The translations under genes and the position numbers were made by a program. The notes beneath the pieces are model-generated. The model was not told the origin of the DNA, searched no databases, and saw only the letters and a program-made list of their open reading frames with translations. Of a stretch of 64,000 nt of DNA, positions 1 to 10,774 are shown piece by piece. Numbering within the stretch: the first letter of the stretch is position 1; the number at the start of each line of letters is the position of its first letter. Location: NCBI GenBank assembly GCA_963796965.1, contig CAWCNS010000005.1, positions 416,001 through 480,000 of the forward strand, read 5' to 3'. The stretch is from Calditrichia bacterium. GTDB taxonomy: Bacteria; Calditrichota; Calditrichia; JAJRVZ01.

Positions 1-6
1 TAATCC

Positions 7-3000
7 ATGTTTGGAAAATTTAAATTGCCTGAAATTCATAAAGGATATAGTCTGATTCTTATCGGGGTACTACTCTCTTTGTTTTGGATTGGATCTCTTC
101 CGGCCGAAGGTCCTGAAATCAGGGCAAAATACAACAACACAGATGCAAATTCTGGATCTCGCTGGACAAATAGCAGAAGTTATTCACCTGGGCTGTACAA
201 GCCATCTCAAGAAACATTGGGCTGGTCAAAGTATGTTCGTCTTTCTGTGCATGACGGCAATTTGGTCTCGACCGGATGGGTAAACCAGGGGCAGCTGGCC
301 GATGGCTATGTTTCCGGAGGAGGCGCTTGGAAAATGATCTGGCCAAAAGGATCCGGCGTAGAATATGGCTATGCCCATGTATTTTTTGTCGCCGGTGAAG
401 TCGTCGATGGCAACGGGAATACTATTCACATTTGTTCCGATCGCTTTCATCGCAGTAATTTAGAGCAATCTCCCGATAAAACACATTGGTACACGTTCCA
501 ACCCTTGCCCAAGTATTTCAACAATCACCACCTTGGCTCAACAGAGTGGGACATTGGAGGCATTTCTGAAGATGTAGGCGTTGATGGTTATCCCAATTCG
601 GACGATTTTGGTGAAGGGGATGGTGAGTTGCAACCCGCTGAAGACTTTAATCGAAATGGTGTACTGGATCTTAGCATGATAAATGTTGCCGAATGGGCAG
701 CAATGAGTCACTTAAGAGAAACATGGCCTGAATGGTGGCCACCTCAGAGTTATAATGGTGATGACCGGGGTGTTAATGAAGAACGCCCCGGTCCGGCCGC
801 TGGAAGATGGAACGGTGAGTATGGATACTATGTCCGGGCCGATCAGGAATCCTATTACCTCATGGATGACCATGAAAACGATGAATTTGAGTATTATCCA
901 TTTAACTTACCCGGAACTGACGAACCCGATACGCGACCCTGGCCAGAAGGGAAACGCGGCTTAGGTATAACCGTAGAAGTGCGCAATTACCAATGGGTCG
1001 CACGGTTGGCGGAAGACATTTTAATTTCAATCTATGACATCACTAATTTCGGTAAAAGAATCCCCAAAGCTGTGATTGGTATGTACAATGATGTGGATGT
1101 TGGTGGGAGCTCCGGTAGTGATGACTCGGATTTTGATAAAATTGATGACATCACCTATGTTTGGGACTTGAGCGGCACGTCAACCCAAGGTCTGCCGACG
1201 GGTTATTTTGGCTTTGCCTTTCTGGAGAGTCCCGGCCTTTCGGATAATAGAATAGATGATGATCAGGATGGCTTGGTAGATGAAAGTCAGTATAACAGCA
1301 TTGATGAAGATCAGGATTGGCGCACCTGGGAAGACCTTAATAACAATGGTGTATATGACAATGAAGATGTGAATTTTAATGGACAACTTGATAACGGTGA
1401 AGACGTGAATGGCAACGGCAAGCTGGATTGGGAGCCCTTATGGGATGATCTGGGGTCTGACGGTCTGGGACCCGAATTTGAAGGATATCCGGGACCTGAT
1501 GAGAACGGGACTGAAGCCAATGGAATGCCGGATCAGGGTGAGTCAAATTTTGGATCGACGGATAATGATGAATCGGATCAGGTTGGTTTGACCTCCTGGT
1601 ATCTCAAAGACGTGGACAGCCGGACGGCAAATGATGAAGAATTCTGGAATATTGAGTTACAGCCGGGCACATTTGAGATTGACGAAGAATATACACGTGA
1701 TGTGGCCTTTAGTTATGGCAGTGGATTTGTTGAACTTGAATCCGGTCGGTCAGGTACCCAACGTTATGCCATCGCTTGTTTGTTCGGAAATGACGAAGTG
1801 GATATCTTTCGTAATAAAAGGACCATGCAGAAAATCTATGATTCGGATTACAACTTTGCCAAAGCACCACGGCTGCCGGTCGTTTCAGCCATTCCCGGTG
1901 ATAAAAAAGTTGTATTGCAGTGGGATGACGGCTCAGAGAGATCCAGAGATCCTATTTATGGCCTCGACTTTGCGATGTATAAGATTTACAAAAGCACCGA
2001 TCCAAATTTTAACGATATTAAAACGATCACAGATGCTTTCGGTAATCCCCTCTTATTCGAACATTTGGTACAATATGATTTAAAAGATGGATTGGTTGGC
2101 CCCCATCCCATACCGATCGGTGGCTCAGACGAAAGCAATGGTTTGGACTTAGGTGTATCATATGATATGGGGAATGACTCCGGCTTGCGGCATAGTTACG
2201 TCGATTATGATGTAACAAATGGTCGTACCTATTATTATGCCGTCGTAGCGGTTGATAAGGGTTATGCACCGGATTTCTTTGAGCGTGGTCTTACGGATAA
2301 ACCAAATCTTGCATCCTTATCACCGACCGAGTGTTCAGCCATCATTCAGACCGATCCACTCGGCCGGCCAACTTTTGTGGACCGCAATACTGCGGTCGTA
2401 ATACCTGTTGAACCTTCTGCCGGATATTTAGAACCGCAAGTTGATGAATCGGGGATAGAGCACTTAAGTGGGATGGGGACAGGTACTATAGAGCTGGAAG
2501 TCATCGTTCCCGAGGATATAAAACGTGATCATTCCTATCGACTTTCATTCGAAGATGATGGTTCTATCGAAAAAAAGGATAGCGCCTTTGCCACAGGTAA
2601 GACGAGTGGTGCCTGGCTGGTGGATTTAGATTCAGGTGATACCTTATTCACCCCCGATGTCAATTATGAAAGCGAAGAGTTTGAAGATGATGTTCTGGAT
2701 GGATTTAAATTATATATTCAAAATGAAGATCGGGTAGATGTTGATTGGGCCGGCTGGTTTAGAGGGCGATCAACGGTAGAAGGTGATCCGCGTGGACATG
2801 ATCAGCAAACGCTGGCAGTCCCCCACGACTATGAAATCAGAATTTTGGAAGATGGCGCCGATACATCTTACTCCGCAATACCAGCCAATCGTATTGCCAC
2901 CAACTTTTCAGTCTACGATATTACCAATCCGGATAGCGCCTATAAGGTTGTATTTGGATTTAGCAGACAATTAGGTTCTGACCCTGAACCCGATTCCTTA

Positions 3001-3585
3001 CGCGGCGTTATCAGCCACGGGGACGAAATTGCGATTAAAATAAGTCCGTTAATTATAAAAATAGGCCAAGACACACTCTACATTTACACGGAAACCTCAT
3101 GGCGAATTAATTTCAACCTACCCCCTGGCATAGAACCAAGATTTCAAAGGATTCCCGAAGCGGGTGATATCTTTCGCTTTACCACTAAAAAAACCTTTGA
3201 CCGTAATGATGTCTTTGAATTTACGATGATTGGCGGCGATTACAGCCAGAAACGTGCTGTTGCCAATATGGACAACATATACACAGTACCTGATCCCTAT
3301 ATTGCCGTTAGCACACTTGAACCCAGATTAGTTTCACAGTCTGTCGGACGTGGTGATCGAAAGATTGACTTTGTAAATTTACCTAAAGAATGTACAATAA
3401 GAATTTTCACAATTGCGGGAAGACTTGTGCGCACCCTGGAACATTCATCCGCTGAGAACGAGGGTCGTGCTGCCTGGGATCTCAGGACCAAGGATGGATT
3501 GGAGATCGCACATGGTGTCTATATTTATCATGTGGACGCACCAGATGTCGGAACCAAAATCGGCAAATTAGCGGTCATCAAATAA
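7..3585 (+). CDS. Large secreted protein (1192 aa) with Ca-binding-like DxDxDG/DxNxNG repeats, an FN3-like segment and a C-terminal T9SS-like/FlgD-Ig sorting domain
   Basis: Intact ORF; N-terminal hydrophobic signal; repeats EDLNNNG, EDVNFNG, EDVNGNG, DDDQDG; FN3-like 'VVLQW...YKIYKS...VTNGRTYYYAVVA'; C-terminus 'IYTVPDPY...WDLRTKDGLEIAHGVYIYHV...GKLAVIK'; directly upstream of a PorV-like gene. Confidence 0.75.
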   Translation: MFGKFKLPEIHKGYSLILIGVLLSLFWIGSLPAEGPEIRAKYNNTDANSGSRWTNSRSYSPGLYKPSQETLGWSKYVRLSVHDGNLVSTGWVNQGQLADGYVSGGGAWKMIWPKGSGVEYGYAHVFFVAGEVVDGNGNTIHICSDRFHRSNLEQSPDKTHWYTFQPLPKYFNNHHLGSTEWDIGGISEDVGVDGYPNSDDFGEGDGELQPAEDFNRNGVLDLSMINVAEWAAMSHLRETWPEWWPPQSYNGDDRGVNEERPGPAAGRWNGEYGYYVRADQESYYLMDDHENDEFEYYPFNLPGTDEPDTRPWPEGKRGLGITVEVRNYQWVARLAEDILISIYDITNFGKRIPKAVIGMYNDVDVGGSSGSDDSDFDKIDDITYVWDLSGTSTQGLPTGYFGFAFLESPGLSDNRIDDDQDGLVDESQYNSIDEDQDWRTWEDLNNNGVYDNEDVNFNGQLDNGEDVNGNGKLDWEPLWDDLGSDGLGPEFEGYPGPDENGTEANGMPDQGESNFGSTDNDESDQVGLTSWYLKDVDSRTANDEEFWNIELQPGTFEIDEEYTRDVAFSYGSGFVELESGRSGTQRYAIACLFGNDEVDIFRNKRTMQKIYDSDYNFAKAPRLPVVSAIPGDKKVVLQWDDGSERSRDPIYGLDFAMYKIYKSTDPNFNDIKTITDAFGNPLLFEHLVQYDLKDGLVGPHPIPIGGSDESNGLDLGVSYDMGNDSGLRHSYVDYDVTNGRTYYYAVVAVDKGYAPDFFERGLTDKPNLASLSPTECSAIIQTDPLGRPTFVDRNTAVVIPVEPSAGYLEPQVDESGIEHLSGMGTGTIELEVIVPEDIKRDHSYRLSFEDDGSIEKKDSAFATGKTSGAWLVDLDSGDTLFTPDVNYESEEFEDDVLDGFKLYIQNEDRVDVDWAGWFRGRSTVEGDPRGHDQQTLAVPHDYEIRILEDGADTSYSAIPANRIATNFSVYDITNPDSAYKVVFGFSRQLGSDPEPDSLRGVISHGDEIAIKISPLIIKIGQDTLYIYTETSWRINFNLPPGIEPRFQRIPEAGDIFRFTTKKTFDRNDVFEFTMIGGDYSQKRAVANMDNIYTVPDPYIAVSTLEPRLVSQSVGRGDRKIDFVNLPKECTIRIFTIAGRLVRTLEHSSAENEGRAAWDLRTKDGLEIAHGVYIYHVDAPDVGTKIGKLAVIK

Positions 3586-3679
3586 CATGAATAGCACGAA
3601 AAATAATCCCCTAATCTCTGCCCTGCTGCACTTAGGGGATTGGCTTACAAAGGGAAAGTCCATAAGGAGACTGCATACG

Positions 3680-4726
3680 ATGAAGAATTTGTATACTTTG
3701 CTTTTGTTTTTTATTCTTGCCCCAGGATTGGTTCTGGCCCAGGATAAAGACGAGGGTGTAAATTTCGTAACAAATGTATCAGGCGTAGGTGTTAGTGCCG
3801 CCACCTTTCTCGAGATCGGGGTCGGTGCCCGTGCGACAGCCATGGGGGGTGCCTATGCCGCCATAGCAAATGATGCCAGTGCCTTATACTGGAACCCGGC
3901 TGGAATCGTTTGGGTAGAAGGCGTACAGGCGGAGTTTATGCATTCGGAATGGCTGGCTGAAACCAGTTACGACTATCTGGGTATAGTCTTCGCTATTCCC
4001 TCTATAAATTCTTCTATTGGTGCAAGTATCAGCTACCTCAACTATGGTGATGCACCCGTCCGTACCGTTGACAGGCCTGAGGGGACCGGTGAAAATTATA
4101 GTGCAAGTGACCTGGCATTATCTTTATCCTATGCTCTGGCTTTAACCAATCGCTTTTCATTTGGTGTAAGCGGAAAATATATCGCTCAACGAATCTGGAG
4201 CGAAGAAGGAACCGCCTATGCTATCGACGTAGGTGTCTTTTATAAGACAGGCCTGGAAGGTTTACAGATGGGAGCCAGTATGAGCAATTTTGGTTCGGAC
4301 ATCCAGATGGAAGGCCGTCATTTGACCACAACGCATGATCCGGATCCCCTTGTTTCAAATTTTGACCGGGTCCCGGTCAATTATAAAGTTGGATCCTATC
4401 CCCTGCCATTATTATTTCGTGTTGGCCTAGCCTATGGCCAGGAAATTGGAAAATATATGCGCGCGCTGGTTGCGGTGGATGTAAACCACCCCAGCAATAC
4501 CACCGAGAGCATCAATTTAGGAGCAGAAGTAGGGGTTGGGGATATGTTTTTTTTCCGGGCCGGATACGAAAATATGTTTGAGCGTGATGCCATCAATGGA
4601 TTAACCCTCGGTGGAGGTTTCGATTATTACCAGCGTGGAAGTTGGGGAATTCGCGTAGACTATGCCTGGTCGGACTGGGGAATTCTTGACAATACCCAAA
4701 GATTTTCGGTGGGACTTCGGTTTTAG
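3680..4726 (+). CDS. PorV/PorQ-like (UPF0164) outer-membrane beta-barrel protein
   Basis: Motifs 'FLEIGVGARATAMGGA' and 'ALYWNPAG'; terminal Phe (GLRF); start moved from 3587 to ATG 3680, which follows SD TAAGGAG and opens a signal peptide. Confidence 0.85.
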   Translation: MKNLYTLLLFFILAPGLVLAQDKDEGVNFVTNVSGVGVSAATFLEIGVGARATAMGGAYAAIANDASALYWNPAGIVWVEGVQAEFMHSEWLAETSYDYLGIVFAIPSINSSIGASISYLNYGDAPVRTVDRPEGTGENYSASDLALSLSYALALTNRFSFGVSGKYIAQRIWSEEGTAYAIDVGVFYKTGLEGLQMGASMSNFGSDIQMEGRHLTTTHDPDPLVSNFDRVPVNYKVGSYPLPLLFRVGLAYGQEIGKYMRALVAVDVNHPSNTTESINLGAEVGVGDMFFFRAGYENMFERDAINGLTLGGGFDYYQRGSWGIRVDYAWSDWGILDNTQRFSVGLRF

Positions 4727-4790
4727 AGGGTACATCAACCAAGGTCAGTACTTACGGCAGAGTCTCCTGGAGCAGAGAGATGAAGAAATA

Positions 4791-4872
4791 GTCCACGAAT
4801 TACACGAATTAGAATACTAATTATATAGAAATTTTAAAAAATAATTCAGGCTAATTCGTGTAATTCGTGGAC
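4791..4872. repeat. Perfect 22-bp inverted repeat built of 9-bp CACGAATTA units
   Basis: GTCCACGAATTACACGAATTAG (4791-4812) and its exact reverse complement (4851-4872) around a 38-bp AT-rich spacer. Confidence 0.95.
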
Positions 4873-5064
4873 AAAAGTTTTTTAAATTTTGCTCAAAACA
4901 ACAAAGTATCCGGCTAGAAATAACATAATGATGTAATTCATGAAACACTTAATCCTTTTATCTTTAATGAGTGTTGAAAGGAGGTGGTCTCCAGCCCTTT
5001 TTGAATGACTATCGCGCGTCAGATTTTACGAAGTCTATGTATTAACTATTTGAAGGAGGTACAG

Positions 5065-8000
5065 ATGCAACGATTGATAATTTTTTTCATTGTTACTGTT
5101 GGTTTATGTTTCTTGGGTGCTGGACTATCCTTCGCCCAAACCGAGACAGAGCCAAACGATCATTTTGCCACGGCGACCCCGCTTGCGGATAACACAGAGC
5201 CTTTGGCAAATTTTTCATCAGTTGATGATGTGGATATTTGGAAAATGGAGATGTCTGTTGACAGTATTTATCACATCTATTCCGCCAGTCCGACAGCGGA
5301 TGCCTTTGATGCTGACATACCGGGCAATGTCCATGTTGAACTATATTGGGGCGAAGACACCCTTACAAATATCTTAAATGGTTCTCCCGACGGACGCGGA
5401 TTAGCAAATAATTTTCGTATCGCCGGTTGGGTACCTGCCGAGTATGGCTCAGGCACCTATTATCTAAAAGTGAACGCCCAATCAGTAATTACAGGCGAAT
5501 ACACGGGTGATTACAAAATTCGTTTTATCTCGCAGGGTTTAGACTTCTGGGCGAATCTGCATGAACCGGATAATTCATTTCAGGAAGCCTTTGCACAAAA
5601 TGCCTTACCTATCGATGGTAGCCGTTTTTCGGGTATGTTTTTCCAACTGGATAGCCTGCCCACTGGAAAAGATGATGTCGATTATTTTTATATGGCCGGC
5701 GAAGCAGGCAAAAGGCTCTGGATAGAAACAGAACCGGTACAGGGATATCCAAATACCAGGGATATGGATAGCAAAATATATATCTATGATGGAGATGGCA
5801 CTCAGCTCCTCACCGAAAATGATGATAAGAGCAACCAGGAAGAGGATTTCGGTTCAAATAATGTGTTTTCTCTTGCCGTATTGGATAGTCTCCCCTATAC
5901 GGGTCTTTATTATGTCGTTATGACCAGTTTCTATAGTGAATATAATGAGGAAACCCATTCTGATTCCGATCCTTCCACGGGTGGATATATTCTTTATTCC
6001 TTTATGGGTGAGACAAAAGCAGAAGTCGAGCCAAATGATGCTGTTGCACAGGCAACACCTGTATGTGAAGCGGTTACCGGTTCACAGATTGGTGGTAACA
6101 ATAACATCGTAATCGATGCTAATTTTTCCAGTGATGGCGATGTCGATTATTATGCTTTTAATCTTAAAAGTGTAAAGATGTATTCTTTCAACACCGCTAA
6201 TTCTTCCGTTGCCGCCGATGCTGATATTAAACTCGAGATATTCGACCGTGATGATCCTGAGACGAATCTGATCGATGCTACAGTAGAAGGAAGATATAAT
6301 AGTGAGGATTTTCGTCTTTCCGGTTGGTCTCCACCGAAAGATGGTATATATATTGTAAAAGTCTCTCCTGCTGCCGGATCGGTTGGCGGCGATAATACCG
6401 GTGATTATCAGTTGCGTATGGGTTGGGCAACCTGGAGAAATGGATCCCTCGCTGAATGAACCGGATAATGATGTCCAGGGTACGGCTACTGCTGTTGAAT
6501 TTGACAGCAGTAAAACCAATGCGATTATATACCCTGCAGGTGATGAAGACTGGTATTCCTTTATTGGAACCGCCGGTGATATCGTCCATGTGGAGATTAT
6601 TCAGCGGTATGGACGGCAATGCGACCTGGAATCGTGACTTTGATACCAAAATCACGTTAGTCGATCCCAGCGGTAATATCGTTGAAAATGATGATAAGGT
6701 TTCTGGCAATGTTTTCTCTGCAGTTGACTAATTATACTCTGCAAGGATCAGGTAATGTCTATGTAAAAGTTGAGGGATATTACAAAACGGATGAAAATGA
6801 CGGTAATAATGCCGTTGGCGCTTATCGTCTCCTGGTCGTTTCCAGTGCCGCCTCGCCGGCATTCCTGGAACGTGAACCCAACAATACCTTTGCCAAAGCG
6901 ATGAATATGCCGGAAGGCAAAGATATTGTTTCAACTTTCTCAAGTGGTGATGATGTTGATATCTTTGCCATTGAGATGGTGCAAGACCCGCATGTATTTT
7001 ATCAATTCCTATGAAGAAACACCGAATGGTGCGAATCCCCATGCGGAACTTTTTGCCGCAATTGATACGTTGACCAATGTATTAAATGCTGATGTTGACG
7101 GCCGTTACCATGACGATAATTTCCGCATCTCCGGATTTATTCCATCCGCCGATGGGGTATATTATTTGACAGTTAAGCAATAACAATGCTTCTGCAAATG
7201 ATTATATCGTCCGTGCACGTAGCGCCGAACTCGCAACCGTAGGTGCTTTCCATGAACCGGATAATTCTGTTGCCGATGCTGACCTCCAGGGTGATTATCC
7301 TATTGATGGTGTGCCGATGACCGGTGCACTTTATGCAGGATAAATGATTTAGATGTCTTTCGTTTCACTTGTACGGCTGGTCAGATGTTTGTGGCTGAAT
7401 TGACCCCTGCTGGCGGTGCCACTTGGGATCGGGATACCGATACTTTTATGCAATTAGTAAGCGCCGCCGGGGACACCAGTCGATGATAATGACGATGCCA
7501 CCGGCACCTATTCAACTATTGCTACAACAATTCCGGCAGATGGCGTTTACTATCTTAAAGTCATGAGTTACTATAGTTCTCATAATGGTGACAGAGAATC
7601 CAATGATCGTAATCCGGGCGTTGGTGATTATATTTTGACCGTTAAGGGTACCATTTCTGAGAGTGAACCCAATAATTCAGCCGAACAGGCCAATCTTATT
7701 CCCGTTGCCAACAATAACCTGATCGAAGCGTCATTTGCCGCCGACGATCTGGAAGATTGGTTTAAAGTTGAACTGGAAGCAGGGAAACTTTATTATTTCA
7801 ATACCGCTGATTCAAAAGTGGGTGCTAACATTAAAGTGGAACTGTTCGCCGAAGGTAACGCGACCAACCTGGTAGATGCGACACCTTTTGGCCGATCTGG
7901 CAGCAATGATTTTCGTATCTCAGGATGGAGCCCGGCCACGACCGGTACCTATTTACTGAAGATCTTTGTAGATCCTGCAGCCATTGATGCCATCAACACA

Positions 8001-8822
8001 GGCGCATACAAATTAAGAGCTGCTGGTGGAGAGGTCCTTTCAGAGGTCGCAGCACTCAATGAACCCGATAATACCCGTGGCCCAGGCAGATGGGAATCCA
8101 GCCCTCCCGACAGATGGAACAATGGTTGAAGTTGCCTGGGGAACTGATGCTGATCATGATATGTTTGCTATTGCTGGTACTGACGGTATGTCCCTGGAGG
8201 TTGTTCTGGCTCCTGCCCACGGTCCTCGGTGGATCAGGGAAATTGATACCTATATGACACTTCTCTCAGCAGACAGTACGCAACTGACCCAAAATGACGA
8301 TTGGGATGATTGGTATGAATTAGAATTCTATAAGGGCGATGTCAGCAATACCTATTCCCGCGTATTTGTCGACTCATTGCCGGGCAATGGCACGTATTAT
8401 GTCGATGCCATCCCATATTATGGCACTTACCGTGACGGCACACCTAGTATCGGTAATAACGCCGTTGGTACTTACCATATCTGGGCAAAAATGTCTGAAC
8501 GTGGAGTCGACATGCAATCGATGGTGAATTACTTGTACCCGATGAATTTGCCCTTGATCAGAATTATCCGAATCCTTTTAACCCGACCACCACAATTAGA
8601 TATAGTTTAAAGGAAAATGTGGATGTCAGACTTGACATATATAATGTCATGGGACAAAAGGTGGTAACGCTCGTCAACAAACGACAGGCAGCTGGTTCTT
8701 ATCAATTGATATGGGATTCCAAAAACCAGTTTGGAAATCGGGTTGCAACCGGTATCTATTTCTATCGATTAGTTGCAGGAAATAAGTTTGTAAAAACGAA
8801 GAAGATGTTGCTCGTCAAGTAA
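5065..8822 (+). CDS. Secreted protein made of 8 tandem PPC-like (ExEPN/EPDN) modules plus a T9SS-like C-terminal domain; split by about 8 frameshifts
   Basis: SD GAAGGAGG before ATG 5065 and a signal peptide; ORF pieces 5005-6459, 6383-6637, 6456-6731, 6682-7014, 6926-7183, 7563-8129, 8026-8610 and 8619-8822 continue one repeat pattern; ends 'QNYPNPFNPTT...KTKKMLLVK'. Confidence 0.75.
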
Positions 8823-8893
8823 GAAACAAAGGGTACACTGTTATAATTTAGCATAGCAGTTATATTTTTCTAACTTTACAGAAAGGTATTAAG

Positions 8894-8945
8894 CGCTGAG
8901 GTTTCCGCCTTTATCAATTTGCATCAGGCAACCTCAGCGTTTTTA
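8894..8945 (+). terminator. Probable intrinsic terminator
   Basis: Stem CGCTGAGGTT/AACCTCAGCG with inner GCCT/AGGC, followed by TTTTTT, about 70 bp after the 8822 stop. Confidence 0.6.
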
Positions 8946-9044
8946 ACATATGAATGATCCATTTACAAGCCATTGATAATTTTGGACTTACCGCTGCTAT
9001 GAGCGATGACCTCTGGCCGTTAAGATGATTAATTAGATAAAAGA

Positions 9045-9145
9045 TTAAACACAAAGAACACCAAGAAATCGCAAAGTACACAAAGAAAATATTCTTAATA
9101 TAAACTTTGTGATCTTTGTGTATTCTTCGTGAACTTTGTGTTTAA
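9045..9145. repeat. Imperfect inverted repeat built of CACAAAG units
   Basis: Left arm TTAAACACAAAGAACACCAAG...TACACAAAG; right arm CTTTGTGATCTTTGTG...CTTTGTGTTTAA. Confidence 0.9.
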
Positions 9146-9199
9146 AAAACGGAATTAATTCTGGATTTTAGTCAAACATCAAGTTACAAGTGAATACCG

Positions 9200-10750
9200 A
9201 TGCTAAGAATATTATTAATTATTATCAGTTTCCTTTTCATTTCTCTTTCAGCCTGTAGCGAAAAGGAAGTTCCGGACCCGGAAGATACGGTTGTGGCGAC
9301 GGTTGGTGACATGGAAATTACCGTTCGTGACTTTCGGCGTAATTATGAGTTCGGATTGCCCCATCTTAAAAAAGAGCCGGATAGAAAACGATCCTACCTC
9401 AACTATATGATTAAGGAACTGGTGCTGGCACAGGAGGGATATGAACTTAATTTGGACAAATCTGAACGTGTCCAAAAGCTGGAGCATGAATTGGAAGAAG
9501 AATTGCTGGTTGAGGCTCTCTTCCAAAACGAGGTCAAAGATAATATTGATATATCAGACGAGGAGGTTCATGAAGCCATTAACAGATCAAAAGTGCAATG
9601 GAAGATGCGTTTCTGGTATGAACCGGACCTCGAATATGCCAAACGCGTCACTGAAGCGATGAGGGAACAAGGCTATGCCAGGGTTGTCGAGAATATCCTG
9701 CGAAACAATCCTGAAATTAAAATAAAACCTGAAAACTTTGAAACCAAGTATGTTACCTGGCTGGAGGTCGATCCATTAGTACTTGAGATAATTAAGGATT
9801 TACCGATGGGAGAGATTTCAGATCCGGTCAAATTAAAAAATGGCTATTTTATATTTCAGGTTGTTGATATTCAGCGCCAACCGGTAACTGATTATATTTA
9901 CCAGGAAAGAGCTGAAAGCATCAGACAGGTCCTCTTCTACCGCAAATTAAACCAGGAAGCTGTCCGCTATGTTTCGGATATGATGACGCCAAAAAATGTT
10001 ACAACGAAAGGTGAAGCTTTTCAAAAATTATCAAGTGCATTAAAAGAGTGGCAGAAAATTAAAATAAATAAAAAAGAAGATTTTATATCTTCTGTTTTAT
10101 CTGCCCGGGAAAGCGATGGTTCTTCCCTTTATGAATTAAAGAAAAGTCTGGAGCAGCCCCTGGTAACATTTGATGATAATCATTGGACCATCAGGGAATT
10201 TCTGGATCGATTCGATCCCAAATCTATTAAAATGAATCCAAAAAATAAAGATATGGATATTCGTCCGGCTTTAAAAGATAATATTGGCATTGCGGTGCGT
10301 AATGAATTCATGATCAGAGAAGCTAAGGAAAGAAATTTACAAAAATCGCCTAAGGTAATCGAAGAATTGCAGCGCTGGAGAGACAAATGGGTCTATGAAG
10401 AAACCCGAAGTTATCATACCAAAGATATAAAGATTGATGACAAACGGGCCAGGGAATACTTTGAAATGAATAAAGATAAATTTAAGATTCGTTGGGACGA
10501 TAATCCCCAATTTGAGAAGAATATCTATCAGGCAAAACGCCTGGCCTATATTGAGATGACACGTAACCGACTAACAGAAACAGTAGATTCTCTCACCAAC
10601 AAAAAAATCCCGATTATTATCAATGAAGCTGTCCTGGATACGATTACAACTATCGATTCACAGAAATCTCGCTGGTCAAGTCTGCAGGTCTTTAAACGTG
10701 GAACTAACCGTTTGGCAAATCCGGTGGTCGATCCGGCCTGGGGATTTTAA
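9200..10750 (+). CDS. SurA/PrsA-like peptidyl-prolyl isomerase/chaperone lipoprotein
   Basis: Lipobox LSAC; 'VVATVGDMEITVRDF' N-domain; parvulin-like 'GEISDPVKLKNGYFIFQV'; repeated helical domain. Confidence 0.75.
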   Translation: MLRILLIIISFLFISLSACSEKEVPDPEDTVVATVGDMEITVRDFRRNYEFGLPHLKKEPDRKRSYLNYMIKELVLAQEGYELNLDKSERVQKLEHELEEELLVEALFQNEVKDNIDISDEEVHEAINRSKVQWKMRFWYEPDLEYAKRVTEAMREQGYARVVENILRNNPEIKIKPENFETKYVTWLEVDPLVLEIIKDLPMGEISDPVKLKNGYFIFQVVDIQRQPVTDYIYQERAESIRQVLFYRKLNQEAVRYVSDMMTPKNVTTKGEAFQKLSSALKEWQKIKINKKEDFISSVLSARESDGSSLYELKKSLEQPLVTFDDNHWTIREFLDRFDPKSIKMNPKNKDMDIRPALKDNIGIAVRNEFMIREAKERNLQKSPKVIEELQRWRDKWVYEETRSYHTKDIKIDDKRAREYFEMNKDKFKIRWDDNPQFEKNIYQAKRLAYIEMTRNRLTETVDSLTNKKIPIIINEAVLDTITTIDSQKSRWSSLQVFKRGTNRLANPVVDPAWGF

Positions 10751-10774
10751 ATAAATTTACATGGAAGTATTAAT

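Noticed and set aside
3587..3679. N-terminal extension of the PorV-like ORF
   Set aside because: The internal ATG at 3680 has a strong SD and starts a normal signal peptide.
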